Shown here piece after piece: positions 50,408-55,739 of a DNA stretch of 55,739 nt. The position numbers were made by a program, and so were the translations under genes. How positions within the stretch are numbered: the stretch's first letter is position 1; every line of letters begins with the position of its first letter. The DNA comes from a virus. Taxonomy: Duplodnaviria > Caudoviricetes. Location of the stretch: positions 1 to 55,739 of the IMG/VR virus record IMGVR_UViG_3300028103_000021; one strand, given 5' to 3'. The notes beneath the pieces were generated by a model, which saw only the letters and a program-made list of their open reading frames with translations, ran no database searches and was not told the DNA's origin.

Positions 50408-52531
50408 TTACACCGAATCTCTTCTTATAGCTTCGCCATAATTTCCGCTCTTTTTCAATCCTTGGTTAAACCATTCTGGGGCTATATATAAAGGTTTGCC
50501 TGTATTTTTGCCAGATAAAGAATTAGAAAATCCACCAACAGAAACATAATTGTCTTGGACTATAGTTCTTTGTATTTGTCTAGCTGTCATATTAGCCATA
50601 AGCAAAGATGAATATCTATCTTTTCTTGTTCTGCTTCCTCTTATCTGATCTTTAAAGTCTGGAGTATCCCATCTATCTCTACCACCAGATGTTAATGTAT
50701 GAACTATGCTGGCTAATTCATCTTTTAACTCTTCTATTTCCATAACACAATCTTCTAAAGTGTCATATAACTGTATATCTTTGCCACTAGATGTATCGTA
50801 AACAATACGCCCTTTATCTCTATCATCTTCAAAAGCTAATCCTATAGATACGCTATCAAAAAATGGGAATAGCAATACTTTATCTTCCATATCTTTTCTA
50901 AGACCGTGATTTGCTTCTACGACCCACTTTCCATCTGCAAAATTAACCATATTTAATATATGTTGGCCAGCTTTATCATCAGAATCTTTTCTTTTTTTGA
51001 TATCTGGATCTATAGTTCTCCAGAACGGAACCTCATTTGGCAAGAGCTTTGACTCGTCATGTAGGGCTTCTTCTACCGAAATACCACCACCTTGACTATC
51101 AATGGCAATCTCTCTACATGGAAATAACTTAGCTAAATCCCTTATTTTTCTGGCGCAATAAGAGTAAAAGTTCTGTTCTTTTGTGATTCCTCGCTTTAAT
51201 CTTTCCCTATGCGCTGCCCTATTAGTTGTCCAGCAATAGACAATCCTTCTCATATTTTGATGTAAAGCCAAAATAATAACAGAAAAGTTATCTCTTTCAG
51301 ATGCCGGATCAACAGCCATCACATGCTCAATGCCTATCTCGCCCACTAAAGAGGCTGAAAAATTAATATCTGCTAAGGAAGTTCCAGCTTTTCCAACAAC
51401 GCAAGACTCTATTAAGCTACGCTTGAAAAATCCTTCGGAATCGGTTGCAAATGTTGCACCATATTCAATCATATAATTCGCCTTGGTGCTTGTCGCTTTC
51501 GCTGAAGATATCTGCTTCTGATCCATGAATCCTATTGGTAGTAACTCTACTGGTATTCTTACTATTGAGTAATCACGCCAGTTAAAGCCAGCTGGTATTG
51601 GTCCTTGGAAAAACTCTTCGAGCTTTTTTGTATCGCCACGACTATTGATGATAGTTCGATAAGAGTTCCAATTCTTATAGAAATGGTTAAAGGAATAGTA
51701 AGCTGTTCCTGAGATTATGTTTTGGTTTGCTCTAAGTGTGCGACTTTCTTCTTTTTCATTATCTTCTGACCATAATCCTAATTGTTTCATTAACCTGATT
51801 CTTGCTTGATCTTTAACTGATTGAGCAGGAGAAGCTGCCACCGAAGAGAAGCCTCTCACAACATTTTGGTAAATTTCTTCTTTGATAGAAGCAAATTCGT
51901 CAGCAATTGTATAGTTTGCTCTTTGACCACGAATCTTGTCGCCATTACCGAGAGGAAGCGCAAATCCAACACTATCGCCAACAATCATGTCAAATCTATC
52001 TACAGATCTGCTTGGCCCTTGTTCACGATTATTTTTGCCACGACCAGATCCGCACAAATCTCTATAAATATTACCGCTAACCCAAAGATTTTCCATATAT
52101 TCAAAAATAACTTTTGCCTGTCTAAATGCAGCACCAACTATTGCTATTTTACAACCCTGTGTAAATAAAAGCCTTAACATAGCGTACAAGCCAAGAATAA
52201 AAGACTTACCGCTACCACGACCAGCAATAAGCATGGGGAATGGGCGATTCCAAAGTTCTTTTAAAATTAAATGCTGAAAAGGCATTATTTCTATGTCGAA
52301 TAACAATTTGCATGTAAATGGAAAGTAATCTGGATTTCTCATTATTTTTAATAAATGTACATGCGGATTTTCTTTGTCTGCATGAGTCATTACTTTAAAT
52401 GGATGAATTGCATCTATGGGCAAGTCTAAAAGAGATTCAATCTGAGAAATGTCAGCACCAGGTCTGATGCCAACTATTTCTTTTTCAGAGAGCATCCAAG
52501 CTTTATCTAAAACTTTTTTAAGTTTGTCCAT
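50408..52531 (-). CDS. terL: Terminase large subunit
   Basis: Walker A AGRGSGKS, IRGQRA and Walker B TIADEFAS, nuclease AVDPAS and KDRYSS; start at ATG 52531 or GTG 52540. Confidence 0.93.
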   Translation of the reverse strand: MDKLKKVLDKAWMLSEKEIVGIRPGADISQIESLLDLPIDAIHPFKVMTHADKENPHVHLLKIMRNPDYFPFTCKLLFDIEIMPFQHLILKELWNRPFPMLIAGRGSGKSFILGLYAMLRLLFTQGCKIAIVGAAFRQAKVIFEYMENLWVSGNIYRDLCGSGRGKNNREQGPSRSVDRFDMIVGDSVGFALPLGNGDKIRGQRANYTIADEFASIKEEIYQNVVRGFSSVAASPAQSVKDQARIRLMKQLGLWSEDNEKEESRTLRANQNIISGTAYYSFNHFYKNWNSYRTIINSRGDTKKLEEFFQGPIPAGFNWRDYSIVRIPVELLPIGFMDQKQISSAKATSTKANYMIEYGATFATDSEGFFKRSLIESCVVGKAGTSLADINFSASLVGEIGIEHVMAVDPASERDNFSVIILALHQNMRRIVYCWTTNRAAHRERLKRGITKEQNFYSYCARKIRDLAKLFPCREIAIDSQGGGISVEEALHDESKLLPNEVPFWRTIDPDIKKRKDSDDKAGQHILNMVNFADGKWVVEANHGLRKDMEDKVLLFPFFDSVSIGLAFEDDRDKGRIVYDTSSGKDIQLYDTLEDCVMEIEELKDELASIVHTLTSGGRDRWDTPDFKDQIRGSRTRKDRYSSLLMANMTARQIQRTIVQDNYVSVGGFSNSLSGKNTGKPLYIAPEWFNQGLKKSGNYGEAIRRDSV
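50409..50414 (-). promoter_or_regulatory. GGTGTA motif (candidate late promoter core)
   Basis: TCGGTGTAATTCAATTA overlapping the TerL stop, about 43 nt upstream of the portal ATG. Confidence 0.45.
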
Positions 52532-52988
52532 AATGTTCACACACTCTCTTAAATAAACTCGAAGCTACTTCTCGCCCAAATTTTCCTGCAAGAATAATCT
52601 TTGTCTTAAATTGTACTTCTATATCTAAAAGTGCTTTTACAATAAACTGCGGAGTTATTTTTATAAACTTGTATTTGCTTGGGGGGATTTGAGTAGATTG
52701 AGGAAACTTGTAAATGTCTTCCATCGTAAATTCTAAAATAACAAATGGAAGCTCAAAGCTCTCAAGTCTTTCTAATTCGCTATGAAATCTTTTTTGTGTG
52801 ATGTTCATAGAGAATTCACTAAGATCTCCCTTCCTCTCTATCACAAATTTATCTTCAAAACCTTCTAATGAGTAATCGCCAGTTTTTAATGTGGCGATAG
52901 TCATTCCTTCACATGAAGGACTTGGATTGAATTCCCACCCAAGTTGTTCTCTAGTGTCTTTTATTACCTTATATTTTTTGTTGTTCAT
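52518..52988 (-). CDS. ERCC4/XPF-domain nuclease
   Basis: DTREQ, LKTGDYS and VIERKG motifs. Confidence 0.88.
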   Translation of the reverse strand: MNNKKYKVIKDTREQLGWEFNPSPSCEGMTIATLKTGDYSLEGFEDKFVIERKGDLSEFSMNITQKRFHSELERLESFELPFVILEFTMEDIYKFPQSTQIPPSKYKFIKITPQFIVKALLDIEVQFKTKIILAGKFGREVASSLFKRVCEHYGQT

Positions 52989-53964
52989 AAAGTTTATAGT
53001 CAGAAAGAACCATGTCTTTGACTAACTCACTAAAAGTGACGGTGGGAGTCCAACCAGTAACTTCCATAATCTTTGTTGGATTTCCTCTAAGGTGTTTTAC
53101 TTCAGAAGGTCTAAACAAAGACTGATCTATATCAACATGTTGTTGATAATTATCAATTCCTGCAACAATACATGCTTCTTCAAGGAATTCTTCTACTGAA
53201 TGAGTAGATCCTGTAGCAACAACATAGTCATCTGGCTTCTCTTGATCGACAATTAGTTTCATTGCCTTAACATAATCAGCTGCATGACCCCAATCTCTTC
53301 GTGCTTTTAGATTTCCAAGAGTGATTCTTGGTAATGAAAGACCTCTTTCATAGCAATACATGAACTTTGCTGCCCACAAACTGATTTTTCTAGTGACAAA
53401 ATTGTGTCCTCTGCGTGGACTTTCATGATTAAACAAAATTCCGCAGCTTGCATGTAGATTATATGAGTTGCGATAGCAGTTTACGAAGTTGTGAGCAGCT
53501 ACTTTTGCTACTGCATAAGGACTTTCTGGTATGAAAGGCGTATTTTCGTCTTGAGTGCCATCATCTTCGACAGCATTTCCAAATTGTTCGGACGAACTTG
53601 CTTGATAAAACCTAGAAAATGGTGCGCTATCACGAAAAGCTTGCAAAACATTGAAGCAACCAACAGCAACTGAGTCAAAAGTCAGCATTGGCTGGTCAAA
53701 AGACACCCTAACATGTGATTGTGCAGCTAAATTAAAGATATAATCGGGTTGTTCGGCAGAAATAATATTCAAAACCGAGTGATAATCAGTCACATCTCCA
53801 TAAACAATACTAAAAAATGATGAGTTTAAGACATTTTTCAGTCTGGATAGGTTGTCAGACGATGTTCTTCGAGTAACACCAACAACTTTGATGTTATTTT
53901 GTATCAAATATTCAGCTAAATATGACCCGTCTTGACCTGTAACGCCAAAAATTACTGCTTTCAT
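52969..53964 (-). CDS. gmd: GDP-mannose 4,6-dehydratase
   Basis: GVTGQDGSYLAE, NLAAQSHV, YQASSSE, SPYAVAK, LFNHESPRRG and RDWGHA. Confidence 0.96.
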   Translation of the reverse strand: MKAVIFGVTGQDGSYLAEYLIQNNIKVVGVTRRTSSDNLSRLKNVLNSSFFSIVYGDVTDYHSVLNIISAEQPDYIFNLAAQSHVRVSFDQPMLTFDSVAVGCFNVLQAFRDSAPFSRFYQASSSEQFGNAVEDDGTQDENTPFIPESPYAVAKVAAHNFVNCYRNSYNLHASCGILFNHESPRRGHNFVTRKISLWAAKFMYCYERGLSLPRITLGNLKARRDWGHAADYVKAMKLIVDQEKPDDYVVATGSTHSVEEFLEEACIVAGIDNYQQHVDIDQSLFRPSEVKHLRGNPTKIMEVTGWTPTVTFSELVKDMVLSDYKLYEQQKI

Positions 53965-54803
53965 GCTTCTTCCTTTTGATTTTCTATAGTGTCCGCATTC
54001 AAAATAGGCAAATCTGCCGAGCCATCTTCATACACATGGGGCGCTCCTAGCCTATCCATCTCTTTTTCTGATACCTGTCTCATGATTTCCATGTGTCGCC
54101 CCATCAATTCCTTGTTCTCTTCCTCTTGTAATTGTCTGATAATAGCTAAAAAGCTCTGTTTTGACGACTCAATTCTTGTTACTCGCTGCTCTCTAGTAGC
54201 TTTTAGGTCTTTAAGTAGTGCCTGATGCTTCTCTTCAAGCTTGATAAACTCGCCAGACCTTGCCTGTTCGGCCTGTTTTGCCGATTGAATTTGAGCTTCA
54301 AGTGATAAAACATGCTCTCTATCGTCTTCAGACATGGCAGATCTGTCTGGAAAGGTCGCCAAAAAGTCATTTTGCATAGAAACTAGTCGGGCGATCTCTT
54401 GAGCAGCGCTATATTTTGCCTTTGCGTTCCTATGCATCATGATTTCAAACTTGATTAGCAAAGAAATTTGTGTCTGCTCAGTCACTAGCACATCATCTTT
54501 GAACTGCGCCATATACTGAGCGTACTTTTCTTCATAATAAAGCAACTCATTGGGCGAAAGCTCTTCTGTTAGTTGCTGCCAAGCCTTGGTTTTCTTAATG
54601 TCTTGGGCGATTTGCTGCTCTTGCTCATTGAGTGAGGCTATTTTTCTATTAGCACGAAGCATTACATCGTTCTGATTAATAACTCTTCGTACTTGAGCCT
54701 CGCTCTTATTCATTAGAGTACAAATTTCGGGTATGCCCATAGTTTTAGACAGTTCAATAATTTTGTCACGGTCATGAGCAGTTACTGTTGTTTTTCTAGC
54801 CAT
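53961..54803 (-). CDS. HTH plus coiled-coil protein, candidate terminase small subunit
   Basis: N-terminal HTH-like MGIPEICTLMNKSEAQVRRVI with a helical oligomerisation-like body, upstream of TerL. Confidence 0.45.
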   Translation of the reverse strand: MARKTTVTAHDRDKIIELSKTMGIPEICTLMNKSEAQVRRVINQNDVMLRANRKIASLNEQEQQIAQDIKKTKAWQQLTEELSPNELLYYEEKYAQYMAQFKDDVLVTEQTQISLLIKFEIMMHRNAKAKYSAAQEIARLVSMQNDFLATFPDRSAMSEDDREHVLSLEAQIQSAKQAEQARSGEFIKLEEKHQALLKDLKATREQRVTRIESSKQSFLAIIRQLQEEENKELMGRHMEIMRQVSEKEMDRLGAPHVYEDGSADLPILNADTIENQKEEA

Positions 54804-55407
54804 TTTTGCGCCATTGTGCGAGAATATCTTTTATATGAATTTCCAACTGTTTTTTCTTTGTTTTACTAATAGAAACGCCCGATCTTAACTGTAAATAAGC
54901 CTGTCTAAGCTCAACTGGTAATCTTTCATCAATTATTTCTAACATTTCCCTAGTTGCTGCATCATTAAATATGCTCGACTCTTTTTCTATACTACTATCA
55001 CTTACATTAGAAATATCATAGGGGCGCATTAAGTTTTGCTTTGATGAGTTTCTCTTTTTCCAAGCTTTATATTTATTACAATATTCCCCGTCACCATGAT
55101 GCCCCTGTTCATGACATATTTTACACGGCGGATCTGATCTATGAAATTTATCTCTTTTAAAATTTATCAAACGATTTTTAATATGTGAATATAAAAAATT
55201 TTCTAATGGGCGACTTTCATCGTATCTAGCCATTGCTTCAAGGCCAAATATTCTTGCTTCCTGCTTTATGTCATCAATATCAAAATAACCAAAGGAAAAT
55301 CCTTTTCCTAAAACAATAACTATTTTATCTATGATTTCTATTATTTCTTCTACGGTATATTTTTTACTTTTCAAGTTGAATGTTTTTTTGGATGACTTCT
55401 TCGGCAT
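54796..55407 (-). CDS. Sigma-70-family (ECF-like) RNA polymerase sigma factor
   Basis: Region 2: DIDDIKQEARIFGLEAMARYDESRPLENFLYSHIKNRLINFKRD. Truncated region 4: IIDERLPVELRQAYL. Start uncertain (ATG 55407). Confidence 0.75.
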   Translation of the reverse strand: MPKKSSKKTFNLKSKKYTVEEIIEIIDKIVIVLGKGFSFGYFDIDDIKQEARIFGLEAMARYDESRPLENFLYSHIKNRLINFKRDKFHRSDPPCKICHEQGHHGDGEYCNKYKAWKKRNSSKQNLMRPYDISNVSDSSIEKESSIFNDAATREMLEIIDERLPVELRQAYLQLRSGVSISKTKKKQLEIHIKDILAQWRKNG

Positions 55408-55504
55408 TGGTAGGATCGTTTTCGCAGATTTCTGCTTTCGTTTTTTCTGTAAGTTCTTCTTGTGCTTTAGCACTTATGATTGTTACAATATTTTCATCCG
55501 TCAT
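55364..55504 (-). CDS. Small acidic hypothetical protein (46 aa), not in the ORF track
   Basis: CAGGAGAAAGTTTAATG RBS; MTDENIVTIISAKAQEELTEKTKAEICENDPTNAEEVIQKNIQLEK*. Confidence 0.5.
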   Translation of the reverse strand: MTDENIVTIISAKAQEELTEKTKAEICENDPTNAEEVIQKNIQLEK

Positions 55505-55525
55505 TAAACTTTCTCCTGAGAAAAA

Positions 55526-55726
55526 ATGGCTAGAGTTAAGTGGACTGAATCAATGTTGAAGTTTGTTCGTGAGAACTGCCACTACATGACAGACAATCAA
55601 CTTGCTCTTGCATTATCATCTATCATTGGTGTTCGTGTGTCAAGTCATAGTGTCAGAAACCTAAGAGAAGAAAAGGGTTATACAAAATGGAAACGGTCTT
55701 CAACCAAAGATCCCCCCACCTCTTAA
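55526..55726 (+). CDS. Small HTH/Myb-like DNA-binding protein
   Basis: KWTESMLKFVREN...MTDNQLALAL...SHSVRNLR...GY pattern; the only convincing plus-strand gene in the window. Confidence 0.65.
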   Translation: MARVKWTESMLKFVRENCHYMTDNQLALALSSIIGVRVSSHSVRNLREEKGYTKWKRSSTKDPPTS

Positions 55727-55739
55727 TAGTAGACAACTT

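Noticed and set aside
50408-52540. Intein or intron in the long TerL
   Set aside because: No C...HN splice motifs or LAGLIDADG/HNH insert seen; ATPase and nuclease motifs are in one continuous frame.
1-55739. Stop-codon reassignment, tRNA genes, integrase or transposase
   Set aside because: Genes tile densely under the standard code with TAA, TGA and TAG all used as stops. No cloverleaf or recombinase motifs were recognised by eye.

Overview
The window is the virion morphogenesis region of a large, AT-rich tailed dsDNA phage (Caudoviricetes). It is probably siphovirus-like, since no sheath gene is visible. Almost all genes are on the minus strand. In transcription order: sigma-70-like factor, putative TerS, GDP-mannose 4,6-dehydratase (gmd), ERCC4 nuclease, TerL, portal, GT-like ORF, prohead protease/scaffold, decoration protein, major capsid protein, glycosyltransferase/sulfotransferase cluster, about 27 kb of collagen-like, Pro/Gly-rich, Thr-rich and Cys-rich fibre-type genes (with a holin-like gene and an adaptor-like gene), neck/tail-completion genes, tail tube, chaperones, and a >3019-codon tape measure protein (TMP). 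The TMP runs off the left edge and is missing from the ORF track. Most notable: (1) hand translation shows the TMP carries an embedded PD-(D/E)xK nuclease-like domain and an HExxH zincin metallopeptidase-like domain, each next to a repeated 'xxGG..VPG.G..D.VPA.L.PGE.V' module, suggesting an injected polyvalent effector; (2) sugar- and sulfate-modifying enzymes are embedded in the head/packaging operon beside mucin- and collagen-like virion proteins, suggesting a glycosylated or sulfated virion coat; (3) a recurring GGTGTA motif lies upstream of five structural genes, a candidate late promoter for the phage sigma factor. All functional calls come from motif recognition and synteny; no database searches were run.
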